A stretch of 64,000 bases of DNA from Scyliorhinus canicula (Eukaryota), in assembly GCF_902713615.1 (NCBI RefSeq), contig NC_052165.1, positions 19,906,522-19,970,521 of the forward strand, given 5' to 3'. The notes below the pieces were generated by a model. That model made no database searches. It was given only the letters and a program-made list of their open reading frames with translations, and was not told the origin of the DNA. Of the stretch, positions 36,086-48,664 are shown in pieces. How positions within the stretch are numbered: the first letter of the stretch is position 1; the number at the start of each line of letters is the position of its first letter. Made by a program: the position numbers and the translations under genes.

Positions 36086-38789
36086 ACTGGCACACAAGGT
36101 CCTGCCAGCACCTACTCGGCCAACGGCAACGGCTATGGATCTTCTCCACGGCTCGCGGCCATTCAGCTCGGCCAGTCACGTCCACGCACGCTCGCCAAGA
36201 CGCAAATCCACCTCAACGGGCATGAGACGGACTGCCTGCTGGACTCCGGGAGCACGGAAAGCTTCGTACACCCTGACACGGTAAGACGCTGTGCGCTCCC
36301 TGTCCACCCTGTAAAACACAAAATCGGGTTAGCCTCAGGTTCGCACTCCGTCCGCATCACCGGGTGCTGCATCGCGGACCTCACGGTCCAAGGGAAGGTT
36401 TTTTAAAATTATAAACTCCTTATCCTCCCCGACCTTTGTGCACCGGCACTCCTAGGACTGGACTTCCAGTGCAACCTGCAGAGCTTGACCTTCCAATTCA
36501 GCGGCCCTATACCCCCCTCACTGTCTGCAGCCTCGCGTCCCTCAAAGTTGGCCCCCCCTCCTTGTTTGCTAATCTCACCCCCGATTGCAAACCCGTCGCG
36601 CCCCGGAGCAGACGGAACAGCGCCCAGGACCGGATCTTCATCAGGTCCGAGGTCCATAGGTTGCTGAAGGAAGGGGTCATCGAGGCCAGCAACAGTCCCT
36701 GGCGAGCCCAAGTGCTGGTGGTCCGGACTGGGGAGAAAAACCGGATGGTCATCGACTACAGTCAGACCATCAACTGATTTACGCAACTGGATGCGTATCC
36801 TCTCCTCCGTATTTCCGCCATGGTAAACGAGATTGCGAAATACAAAGTCTTCTCCACGGTGGACCTTAAGTCCGCTTACCACCAGCTCCCCATCCGCGCG
36901 AGTGACCGCAAGTACATCGTGTTCGAGGCAGATGGGCGCCTCTACCACTTCCTCAGGGTTCCATTCGGTGTCACAAATGGGGTCTCGGTCTTCCAACGGG
37001 AGATGGACCGAATGGTCGACAAGTATGGATTATGGGCTGCCTTCCCGTATCTCGATAATGTCACCATCTGCGGCCACGACCAGCAGGACCATGACACCAA
37101 CCTCCGAAAATTCCTCCAAACCGCAAAACTCCTTAACCTAACTTACAATAAGGATAAGTGCGTGTTTAGCACCGACCGTCTAGCCATCCTCGGCTACGTA
37201 GTGCGTAACGGAGTGATAGGTCCCGACCCCGAACGCATGCGCCCCCTGATGGAACTCCCTCTCTCCAATATCCTCAAATCCCTCAAATGCTGCCTGGGTT
37301 TCTTCGCTTACTACGCCCAATGGGTTCCCAATTACGCCGACAAGGCCCGCCCCCTCATTCAGTCAACGACCTTCCCGCCGTCGACATGGGGCGCAGATAG
37401 ACCGCCTCCGCTCCCTCCACGCGGACCTCTGCCATCCAGGGGTGACCCGTTTCTATCATTTCATAAAGACCCGCAACCTGCCCTACTCCATCGAGGAAGT
37501 CAGAACAGTAACCCGTGACTGCCACATCTGCGCAGAGTGCAAACCGCCGGATCCTCCGGATCCCCTCTCCCGACGTGGCTGGCTGCCCCCGGACCCATCT
37601 TGCTCTGGAAGCATGTGTGGGTGCACAAGTCCGACCCGTTGGTGGAACAAGTCCAGTTACTCCATGCTAACCTGCAGTATGCGTACATGGAGTACCCCGA
37701 CGGTCGGCAGGACACGGTCTCCCTCCGGGACCCAGCACCCGCTGGCGTGTGGCCTTCCCCCCCTTCACCACAGACCCCTCCCCGCCTCTATTCCCCCAGC
37801 GCCCCACCCAGGCCACCCCTTCCCGATCCATGGTGTCTCCACCACCAGCCCGGGGTACGGAGACAGTTCAAGGACCACCGCTCCCGGAGTCCAGGACATC
37901 AGCTAAACCACCACCATCAGCTGAACCAACGTCGCCAACTCCCCTGCGGCGGTCTGCCAGGACGTCATGGGCAACGGAAAGGCTGATCAAGTCCATTTAA
38001 CTTCAACACATCAAGGTCCGACTGGTACTGGGTCCCCAGCGACTCGGACAGTCCACCGAGGCCTTGTATGGACACTATGTACTGTTGCTAAATGCCTGGG
38101 CCAGTAGGAAGCCAAAGATACATTTTTTTTCTCCTTACTACTCATACCACCAGTTCTCCCCCCCGCCCCCAGCTCTCGTTGACACCCCCCCCCCCCCCAC
38201 GGCTTCTTTCTCTGCAAGGGGTGAATGTGGTGGTATGATTAGCATAGCTGCCTGCCATTGGTGCAGAACACCGGCTTACCATTGGCCCTGGTCGGTCATA
38301 TGCCTCTCGACCGGTTGGTTGAGAGGCTGAGTTAACCCCGCCTCCAGTACTCCCGGCGGTCGTCCTTCTACTGTAATCGACTGCAGGGCTTAACATCTAG
38401 TATATTCAAGCCATACATTTGTTCAGCAACTCGTCTCGCATTCAATTGATGGTACATCATGACCATTGTGGAAAACCTGGTGCACAACATCAGCAGCATT
38501 AGTGGAGGTGTCCAAGGCGCGGCGCCGTCGGTGACTGCCATGGCTGAGGGCCTCGGTGGACTGTCCGAGTCGCTGGGGACCCAGTACCAGTCGGACCTTG
38601 ATGAGGTTCTGCGGGACATGTCCCGCTCTCAGATGAGAATGGCCGAGGCGCTGCGGAGCTTGTCTCAGTTGCAGGTGGGCATTGCCGAGGCACTGCAGAG
38701 CGTGGCCCAATCACTGAGGACATTCATTCTGACCCGACCACATCCTCAAGCAGTGCATTCTTGATCCTTAGATTTTCCTCGTGTCGCCT

Positions 38790-39575
38790 TAAGTCCCTTT
38801 GCTTTTCATTTTCAATCTGTGCCCTTTGGTTCTCAACCATTTCCCCAATTGTACATTCTTCCTATCAACTCTATCCAGACCACTTATGATTTTGGACATC
38901 TCCATCAAATCTCCTCTCAATTTGCACACATACACCCCCAGGGCCCTGTTTGGAGGCAATTTGGCCCATCAATTCCATTCCCCTACTCTATCCCTGTAAA
39001 TTAATTTCTCCCAAGTACCCATCCAATTTCCTTTCGAGATCATTCACCATCTGTTTCTACCACCCTCAGGTTTGGTGAGTTCCAGCATCCCCTTTAGAAT
39101 TGTATCCATTATCTTATGTTGCCTTTGTTTGTTTTTCCCTGAAAAATGTAATCACACTTCTCCGCATTAAATTTTACCCACCCAATCCACCAGCTTGTCT
39201 ATGTCCTCTCGAGGTCTATTGCTGTCTTCCTCATAATTCTCAGTTTCACGATATTTCCAACTTTGGTGTCATCTACAAATTTTTTATTTGTGCCCTGCCC
39301 ACCCAAATCTTGGTTAAGAAAAGCAGTGGTCCTAATATCCATCTCTGGGAAACCCCACTCTTTATATCTTCCTCCAGTCCAAAAACTGTTCATCTCTACT
39401 TAGCCAACTTTGTATCTGCGCAGCCACTGCTCCTTTTATTTTATGGGTTTTAACTCTGCTGACAAGCCTGCTATATGGCACTTTATCAAATACCTTTTGG
39501 AAGTCCACGTACACATCAACTGCATTATTTAATCAATCCTGTCACCTCATCAAAAAACTCAAATCAAGTTAATTA
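38790..39575 (-). mobile_element. Decayed CR1 fragments
   Basis: KFVDDTKVG and DFQKVFDKVP remnants on the minus strand. Confidence 0.65.
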
Positions 39576-40898
39576 AAATAGATTGTTGCCATAACTCCCA
39601 GAAGTTTAAAGCATTAGCTTTAATTATTATGGGTTGTGTTATCCAATTGTGGGTCCATTTTACTGAAACCTTAAGCTGTGAGCCGACATACAACCAAGTG
39701 TCCTCCAGCTCAATCACAATTTTCCTACCTATTTCTAATTTAACATCCAAATTATTTTAGTGCTTGCATACAATATTAAATGTTATCTAATAGGAATAAA
39801 TTGATATTCCTTATTTCGGATTTCCAGCATCCACAGGATTTTGCTTTTACAGGAATCAATATCTTAGAAGGTACATGTATATTGTTATGTGGAGACATGC
39901 TTTTGAATTAGTAACAAGTAAGAACAGGATTTAATTTTGTATTTAACTTAACTTAAAATAGATTCCACTACTGTCATGAAATGAAGTTGAAATTTATAAG
40001 TCTTTCTCATGAACTTATCTTGTTTCTATGCTTGTTAGTGTTCTACTATCTTAGGGTACTGAGTCTTACCTGGAGTCTACAACCTTTATAATGGTTGCTC
40101 AATAATATTTTTATTGAGCTTAAATCTTAGATTACATTATAGTAATGGTCGCAATATTAAAGTGTAAATTTAAAATCATGTAATCCATCTGAAATATAAA
40201 TGTAAAATACAAGTTTCACCCAAAATATCAGATATTCAATTAAATAATAAACTAGGTTTATATTTACGTCAGAAGTATAAAGTGTTGTTTTTCCTTTTAT
40301 CTCAGCTAAGAGATCAAATTAAACCTTGACTCTTTTACAGCCACTTGTCAATAGTCTAATTTAAAGAAACTATTTTGCTTTTGGAATAACTAACTATTGT
40401 GTAATATACTCTTAAGGCTATTTGAGATTTCTTGTCAGGTCAAATAATGTGTCTTTATGACTGCAGGTATTCTCCAGCTGGCTATAAACAGTCTCAAGAT
40501 CCTATCTGGCAAAAGCCTTCTCAAGGCCTTTGCGTTCTTTGTTTGTGCACAATGTTGTCTCTCTCGCTGCTCTTGGCAAAGATTTTCTTTAGCTCAGTTA
40601 AGTTTTTCACCTTTTCATTAACTGGGTCAAATCCTTCACATACTAAGCAGTAACTTGAATATGTTTGATGCTTGCAAGGGTTGAATATTTGGAAATGTGT
40701 TCTAAAGATAATTAATCTAAAAGATAGTTGCATAGGCACAAGACTAAATCCTGCCTGTACTTTATATTCTAGATTGATACACAACAGTAGAGTATGGATA
40801 CGGTCAAATTTTAATGATTTGAAACCGTTTTGTGTATCAAGCGTTGCATATATTGCTTAGGAAATTATTGTGATGGGTCATAAGAAGATAGAATCAGT

Positions 40899-41331
40899 GG
40901 GTGCAATCTACCGGCTGTTAACGCGGCGGGATAATCTGGTCCCACGTCGGCGCATGGGTTTCCCAGTGACGAGGGGTGCAGTCACCGAGAAATTACATTG
41001 ACAATGGCGGGGTCGGTAAATCCCGCTGGCAGGCCGCCTCCTCCACCAAATAACACGCGGCGAGGGCAGCATGGTGGCGCAGTGGTAGCCCTGCTGCCTC
41101 ACGACGCCGAGGTCCCAGGTTCGATCCTGGCTCTGGGTCACTGTCCGTGTGGAGTTTGCACATTGTCCCCGTGTTTGCGTGGGTTTCGCCCCCACAATCC
41201 AAAGATGTGCAAGGTAGGTGGATCGAACAGACTAAATTGCCCCTTAATTGGAAAAAAAATTAATTGGGTACATTAAATTAAAAAAATAAAATAAAATAAC
41301 ACGCAGCGGGTTGATCGGTAAATCCCCCCCC
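40899..41331. mobile_element. Small Harbinger-type MITE hosting an A-tailed SINE (41064-41293, +)
   Basis: Termini GGGTGCAATCTACCG / CGGTAAATCCCCCCC; SINE TSD AAATAACACGC(G/A)GCG at 41048-41062 and 41294-41308. Confidence 0.75.
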
Positions 41332-42330
41332 ATAGCCTGTATTAAAAAAGGCAGTGGTGGGGTGGGGAGGTTGCTGTGTCGTCAAGTTAATCAGGAACAA
41401 GTACAAGGTGGGGTCCTGAGGTTTCACAGGTTGCATTTCTTTTTCAACTCAAACTAATTTGAAATCCAGCCCAGATAGAGGGAATGGAAGTCTATGGCTG
41501 CTGTTGGGGTCCTATAAAAATGAATTTGAATAGTTTTAATAAGTTCTTAATGGACACTTCACAGCAAAAAACAAATACTGGCTCCAGTTCAGTTCAAAGT
41601 GGCAATCTGAATCAGCAGGGGGTAAAAGGATAGTAAAATTCAGACTAGTGCACTGGGGAATGTCCTTCTGACGTTGGGCCAAAACATATTTTTGGGTATT
41701 CTGCATCTAGCTTTGTTAAAAGTTGATTTTCAAATCCAACATTGCACTGCAAATACAGAGAGTGCTCAGTTTTCCAATCAAGACATCATTCAACTTCACA
41801 AGTATAAGAATAACAAACTTTGTACTGCATCACAGATAGTTTAATATCAGATATCAAAGAAAAGTTACTCGACCCCCCCATTGGTCACTCTTTACAACAA
41901 GATCAATAATACTTTCCACAGGAAAAATTTCCTTGAGCAAAGGGATAGAAGAATCATCACTTCCAAGTTAAATATTCAAAGTGAATACTTCAAAACATGC
42001 AAATATAAAACATATCCTGTACATAAAGTTTAAGCAAGCTATTTTGATGAACAACTTATTTTTCCGAAGGGACAAGCTACTTTTTCAGGTGTATTTTTGT
42101 CTTGTTTGATTTGCACCTTCTTTGCATTGGACCAACTACACTGACCAGCTGGAATGTGCCATCTACAGACATGCAAATGAACAATTTTGCTAGCAGCGTC
42201 AGTATGGCATACTCCAGGTTACCCAAGCTGAGGGGCAATGCCAATTAAGGGAAACATTTTAAACACTCACAAAATGGGATACATAAGAGATCAAAATTGT
42301 TGCCACTGTTGAGGTCAAAAGTGTGTTTTC

Positions 42331-42501
42331 TTATTTTATACTCTGATTATCTTGTATTTTCTTAAGCAGGTATTCCATCTGTATGTTCAGGTTCGGTTGC
42401 CCCTTTCTTGTTTTTTTGCTGAGAATTCTGTACTTTTCCAGTTTAAGCTCCTTGTATTTCCTCTGGGCCTCTTCCTTTTCTTGTCGACTTTTTTCAGCTG
42501 C
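42331..42501 (-). CDS. CCDC59: CCDC59 (TAP26) last coding exon ([56 protein letters not shown])
   Basis: Acceptor (t)n-aataaag|GCA; ends in TAA; KKT.KGQPNLN.QMEYLL.KIQ is the conserved CCDC59 C-terminus. Confidence 0.95.
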   Translation of the reverse strand, partial: AAEKSRQEKEEAQRKYKELKLEKYRILSKKTRKGQPNLNIQMEYLLKKIQDNQSIK

Positions 42502-43497
42502 CTTTATTAAAAAAAAATATTTAGAAAGTTAAGTACACTTTGAATGAATAACTCTGGAACATTATTGGTTCAGTGGGGTTAAGAGATTTATGACAATCCT
42601 TTGAATGTATTCTCTGATTCAACACATTCACATTTTGGCACCGCATGTCGTACATGGTTATAATTCACAGAGAGTGCGCTTAAATAGCAGCTTACTGATG
42701 GGCACATTTTCGGCGAATTCCAAATTGTAACTGACAGACGGCACACATCGCTGACAATATGCATTGGTGGTGAAGGTACTGAATGTTTAAGATGGTGGAA
42801 GGAGGTTCAAGTGAATCTATGATCACTCTGTTGCAGAAAAACTGATATCTACTGGATATCTTTTTGGCAGTGTTATCATAGGTCTATGAACTTTCAGTTG
42901 CAGGTAAGTTGGCACAGATCAGAGTTATGTGGCAGATGTGCTTTGTGTGTCTGATAGCTATTGGCAGCAGGGCAATAATGGGAATTGTATTTTGGAGAAC
43001 TTCTTCAGGTTCAGCCTCAGCAGGTATGTCATTTTCTCAGTGTGGGTTAATTTCAATTTTGCCTTAACCCACATGTACTCAGTGAGATGGGGTGGGATGT
43101 GATGGGCTGTAAGAAGGAGGGGCTTGAGTTTTCTGCCTCATATCTTCCTCCAGGGTCTTAATGAGAGCTTCACACTTAGACTTGCCTTGCTTTTGCAAGC
43201 GAGCCGCCAGAAGATGCCGCACCTTGCAACAGAGAACCACCAGAAGCTGCTCTCTTTGGGATAGATACATTAGTAAGGCTCCAGGGGACAATCCCTGCCA
43301 CCTACTAATTAACTTCATCAGGAATCAGGAAACACCTTATAGAAGAAGATTAGGAGTACAAACAAGTCAGTTAGTTGAGAAGAAGTTTGGAATTGATACT
43401 GAGAAACAGTTGCAGATGTGGGCAACATGGTCGGAAATGTAGCAAATAATGGAGAGAGTAATAGCTGGGTAGAGGAGGACAGAGACACACTAAAAGT

Positions 43498-43782
43498 GGG
43501 CTGCACAGTGGCTAGCACTGCTGCCTCACAACGCCAGGACATGGGTTCGATTCCGATCTTGAGTGAATGTGTGTAGTTTCACATTCTCCCCGTTTTTTGC
43601 ATAGGTTTCCTCCGGGTGCTCTTGTTTCCTCCCGCAGTCCAAAGATGTAAAGGTTAGGTGGATTTGTGATTCTAAATTGCCCCTTAGTGTCCAAACGTTG
43701 GATGGGCCTAGGGGGATCGAGGGGGTATTGGGCCTAGATGGGGTGCTCTTTTGGAGGGTCGGTGCAGATTTGATGGGCCGAT
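43498..43782 (+). mobile_element. HE1-type SINE, diverged
   Basis: tRNA-like head and shared body. Confidence 0.75.
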
Positions 43783-43982
43783 GAAAATGGGAAGATACAA
43801 AGCAGATGAAATGCGAATGCATTTTGAAAAGAATGAGGAGAAGCAACTTAAACAAACTGTTTTGAAGGGGGCGCAAGAACAGAGAGAACAGGGGGTTCAC
43901 AAACTCAATTCTTTTAAGGTTACAGGACAAATTGATAAGGCTGATCAAAACAAAAAGTGCAACTTTTTTCTAGCAGATATTT

Positions 43983-45085
43983 AAGAACAAAGAGAAGTAC
44001 GGCACAGGAACAGGCCCTTCAGTCCTCCAAGCCTGTGCCGATTAGTATGCCCTAACTAAAAAAAAACATTCCGCCCTTACTCGGTCTGTATCCCTCTATT
44101 TTCTTCTATTCAGGTACCCATCCAGTTGCCTCTTAAATGTTGCCTGCCTCCACCACATCCTCTGGCAGTAGGTTCCAGGTGTGCACCACTTTTTGCGTGA
44201 GAAACTTACCTCGCACATCTCCCTTAAACTTTCCTCCTCTCACCTTGAACCTGTGTCCCCTTGTAATTGACACTTCTACACTTGGAAAAAGCCTTTGACT
44301 ATCCACCCTGTCTATGCCTAGTTTGTAGACCTGTCAGGTCTCCCTCAGCCTCCATGTTTCCAGTGAAAACAATCCTGTTTATTCAACTTCTCCTCATAGC
44401 CAACTAACACTCGAGGTCAGGCAACATCCTGGTGAACCTTCTCTAAAGCTTCCACCCGATAATGTGGTGACCAGAACTGCATGTAGTACTCCAAATGCAG
44501 CCTAACCAAGGTTTTATACATCTGCAACATGATTTGCCAACTCTTGTACTCAATGCACCGGCTGATGAAGGCAAGTATGCCATATGCCTTCTTAATCACC
44601 TTGGACCCCTGTGTTGCCACTTCTAGGTAACTGTGGACCTAAACACCCAGATCCCTCTCTATATTAATGAACCTAAAGGTTCTGCCACTTACAGTATAAT
44701 TCATACCTAATTTTGATCCTCTAAAATGCATCACCTTGTATTTGTCTAGGTTAAACTCCTTCTGCCATTTCTGTGCCCAAGTCTCTAATCTATATATATC
44801 CTGTTGTATCCTCTGCCAATCCTTGGCACAATCAGCAACTCTGCCAATCTTTGTGTCATCCACAAATTTACTAATCTGACCACCCATATTTTCCTCTAGA
44901 TCATTTATATACCACAAACAACAGAGGTCCCAACACTGATCCCTGCGGAACACCACTAGCGACAGACCTCCATTCTGAAAAAACACCCTTCCACCGCTAC
45001 TTTCCATCTTCTATAACCAAGCCAGTTCTGTATCCATCTACCCAGCCCACCCAAAATCCCATGTGATTTTAGTTTCTGTACCAGT
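43983..45085 (-). mobile_element. CR1 RT/3' fragment in CCDC59 intron 3
   Basis: YINDLEE, SKFVDDTKIG, LYKTLVR.HLEY-like remnants; TCTTTGTTCT tail. Confidence 0.85.
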
Positions 45086-45380
45086 CAAAAAGATCCAATT
45101 TTGCAATAAGAATATTTTAATGTTCTAGGGATAAAATTTACATGCGGACTGGGATAAAAATGTTCATTAATTCAGAACATTTAAATTCTATTTCTAATTA
45201 TCATATAACTATTTCATTAAATCCTTGCTGTTTATGTCAATGAAAGTCTGTATTGATTCTCCAGTTTAAAATCTTTTCGCACTCTTGCATTTCTAAAACC
45301 ATAATTGGAAACACGATCCAAATGATAGATCACAGAATCACACTTCAATTCCAAAAACCATACAATTCCAAAAAACATAC

Positions 45381-45459
45381 CTCTTTCTGTTTTATTTGTT
45401 CTGCCCGTCTGTTTTCATATTCTTCTTTGATCTTTTGATAGGATGACTTTCTCCTTTTC
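45381..45459 (-). CDS. CCDC59: CCDC59 coding exon 3 (KRRKSSYQKIKEEYENRRAEQIKQKE)
   Basis: Acceptor gattttag|G, donor GAG|gtatgt; 79 nt, phase 2 to 0; resembles human KKKTSNQKAQEEYE. Confidence 0.9.
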
Positions 45460-45959
45460 CTAAAATCAGAAAGTGTAATGAAAACAAATGATCTTAAATG
45501 CTGCATTGAAGTAAACATCTTCAGCCATGGGACATCCACCACAGATTTATCTTCCAGAACTTAGCAGTGATTGAAGTCAGCATTCTGCAATTTTGCAGAT
45601 TTGGTACACAGCCCAAATACAGAAGCATGGGAATTTTAGCAGATGCCTGCCATTTGTCCCATTCTGCTAGTTCCATGTCAGTTACCTATTCTAAATTCAT
45701 TTTGTGTTTTCGCAGGAAGTGCTCACCATATTGCATTTTAAATGTTGGGATTTATTTAGTTTCAAATAGCCACACTGGATATTCTAAGAATTTTTGCATG
45801 AAAAAAAAATTCCTAACATTTCCCTTCTAGTAATAAGCAACAATTTATGCTCCTGGTATCCATTCATCAAGCTATCATTTACTATTTACCCTCTCTACAG
45901 TGTCTCCACAAATAAAGTCCAGAAATCTATTTGCCCTATGCCTTCCTCAATACCTTTAT

Positions 45960-48300
45960 TCTTTTAGCTCTCCCACTTTACTTGGGATTGCCATAGTGCT
46001 CGTTGATCACCCTTCTCCATTTACTTCCCGTAGTCATCTATTCCTTTTCAATCCTGCTGTGTTTACATCTTATGCTGCCACACCTTTCCATCTGGCCATA
46101 GGCCTTTCTCTTCTCCTCCTCCCTGGCAGTCTCATTCTCCATCACTCACCTCACCACATTTCCTCTCTTCCTCTCCGAAACAAAGGCCCAAACTATTTTA
46201 ATCTCTCCTCGGCTACTTTCTTTGCTGCTCCCACAATCTTCACTGAACTCCTGATGGACAGGTTCTTGATTTTGTCCTTTATTCCACACTTCCATCTCAG
46301 AATCGACATCTCATTAGTATTCAGTCATTCTACCGCTCGTCTTGGTGTTGTCTGCACTATGTAACAAGGTCAGTCTCACAAACGCTCTTGCAGATTCATC
46401 CTCCTACTTTCAGCAATACGTTTCTACTGCATCTCCTGCAATTACTCCAATCACAGCTAATATGTTGATTAATTTCCATACTTCCATCTTCTACCAACAT
46501 TGACCCCAGGTACTCGCTTTTTCCAAGTCTTCACCCACAATCTTCACTTTCATTCTAACCCTCTTTCCGAGGCTCAAATTAACGTCCACATATTGGGTCT
46601 TTGTTCTACTGATCTTCATATCCTCGTCTTTCAGTGCTTTTCTCTCGTTCCTTAGATATTCAGTCACATGCCCACCACATTGTTCAATGTCATCCGCAAA
46701 CATCATTGACCATGGCGCACTCCGTCTCATTTATTCAGTTAGAACATCCATGATAATCAGAAAGAGGATCAGTGTCAATCCTTGGTGTAATCAAATCAAA
46801 TTTTGGTCTCCCCCAAGTTGTTTTACTCTTTCTGGCAGTCCTTGTATATGTTCAACAATAGTCGATGCACATTTCAGAGACTCCCATGAACTGTAAAACA
46901 TCTGCACACTTATTCCCTAGGCACCCAATCATAAGCCTTCTCTAGATGAATTCATGCAATCTTCATGTTGCATTGGCATTCTCAATATTTCTTCATCACT
47001 CGTCGCAAAACAAAAATGGCATTGATGGTACTTCTTCATGGCATGAATTTGAATTGACCTTTATGCATTTTCCACAGTCTCTGATCCATGACTCTCTCCC
47101 ATATCTTGAAAGTATGGGAGAGTTTAATTCCTCGGTAGTTTTTGTAATTTTTGAATGTCTCTCTTGAATGCCGCCCTTTCCTTTGAATATTGGGTACCAA
47201 AATGTTTTCTCTCCATGACCTTGGATGTTCCCTTTCGTCATAAGACAGTCGACAAGCTGGACCCTATATTCATCCAGCCAGATAGACACATACTTCTGTT
47301 GGTATCTCAGCTGGTCCTATTGCTTTGCCGTTTTTCATTGCTTTCAGTGCTGTTCTAATTTATTTCAGATTGGTGTTAGTTGTCACTCCTGGACTTGCAG
47401 CTACCTATTCCTTGTTCTCAGATTTCCTTCAGTCATAAGTCAGTTAAAGTATTGGCCCCACCCCTTCTCTTTCACTAAGGTAACTCCACCTGCCTTGTTG
47501 ATTATATGCATATTTCCCACATTTTATGCTCACCACTCTTCAGTAACTACTACACTGAAGATATTTTCTGTCCCTCTTTGTTATCTAGATTCTCATGTTT
47601 CCCATGGTTAGGGATCTTTGTCTAGAAATCAGCTTCTTTGCCTTCCTTTTTATGATGCTATTTTTCTTCTTTTAGCCCTGTTCCTGCACTGTGTTTTCAT
47701 TCCACCATTAAGCTTATTTTCCAGCCTTTCTCCTTCCTAATAATCTTGCACACATTTATTTGCTCACTTTCCTGATCAGGTTTGCTGCTGCGTTCCTTCA
47801 GCTTCCAGTGTCTATTGTGACTTATTCTATTCTCTTCGCTGTTTCTCTATCTGCTCTCTGAATTCCCCCTTCCCGTGCAGATCTTTTGAGTTTCCATCAC
47901 CTGTTTACCTCCCATCTGCTGCTGTTTTGCTTGCTTTGCAATCAATTCTGCTATCAGGACTTTATGTTGGGTGGTCAGTGCCTCACTTATGAATAACTCT
48001 GCAGTTCTTCGTGTCCTTTGCATGTTCTTTTCTAACCATGTAGTCCAGCTTTGTTTCTCTATGACCACTGGTGTAGGTTATAAGCTGGTTTGTGTGATTT
48101 TGGTACCAGTTGGTAAAGCATGGCAAATTCTAGGTTCTTGGCTCCTTCTTCATTTGCTTCTCTAAAATCATATCTACCATGGATAACCTTGTATCTCACC
48201 GTTTCCTCATCTCCCATGTCCGTTTGGGTCACCTGCTAACACTAGTCTACCAAGCTGTGACATTGTTTGAATTGTGATGTCCATCTGTTCCCAGAATGCG
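45960..48300 (-). mobile_element. Old RTE-clade LINE, highly decayed, in CCDC59 intron 2
   Basis: Remnants PWSMMFADDI, MKISRTKT.Y, YPIFKGKGGIQE, TTQHKVLIAEL; boundaries approximate. Confidence 0.7.
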
Positions 48301-48664
48301 TCTCAATAAACTGTCTTCTTTTAAAAGATCTCTGATCAGTAGCCCCGGATTCCCTAAGACCAGGGAATTTTAATATTTAGGCTCTATTTTCATTCTCTGT
48401 TCCCCCGCCCCAACAAATTATTCTCCTTTACATTTATCTACACTGAAATGGATTTGCTAGATCTATCAATTGCTTAATTTGTTTATGGTCTCTATTCCCA
48501 AAATAGATTGTATGGTTAACAAACTATATATAGATTTGCAGATGACACCAGAATATACATGGACCAAATGAACAAATCAGCCATTTGGGGGAATGGGCCC
48601 ACATAAGACAGATGTCTTTCAATACGGGCAAATGCAGTATTCTGTACTTAGAATGGAAATCTCC

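Larger units (their letters stand above)
34324..38459 (+). mobile_element. Ty3/gypsy LTR retrotransposon, internally deleted, with YLDN RT and a self-complementary PBS
   Basis: LTRs 34324-34610 and 38226-38459; gag ATG 34635 with CCHC-type knuckles (CYFCGLAKH, CKSCGKKGH); PR LLDSGS; RT SPWRAQV, DLKSAYHQL, PFGVTNG, YLDN; IN zinc finger remnant; RNase H and IN core largely missing. Confidence 0.93.
31456..38720 (+). mobile_element. Harbinger element carrying a decayed Myb/SANT-like DNA-binding protein gene (ATG 31706), split by a solo LTR and a Gypsy insertion
   Basis: GGGTGCGATTCTCC terminus; MALRRPAPRFGDVDLGRLLNAVEAGRDVLFP Myb/SANT-like start; coding pieces resume at 34263-34323 and 38465-38720 with a coiled-coil-like region. 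Confidence 0.75.

Noticed and set aside
40521-40784. Minus-strand ORF downstream of CCDC59 as a possible extra exon
   Set aside because: CCDC59 already ends at 42331 with its conserved C-terminus, and I recognise no similarity.
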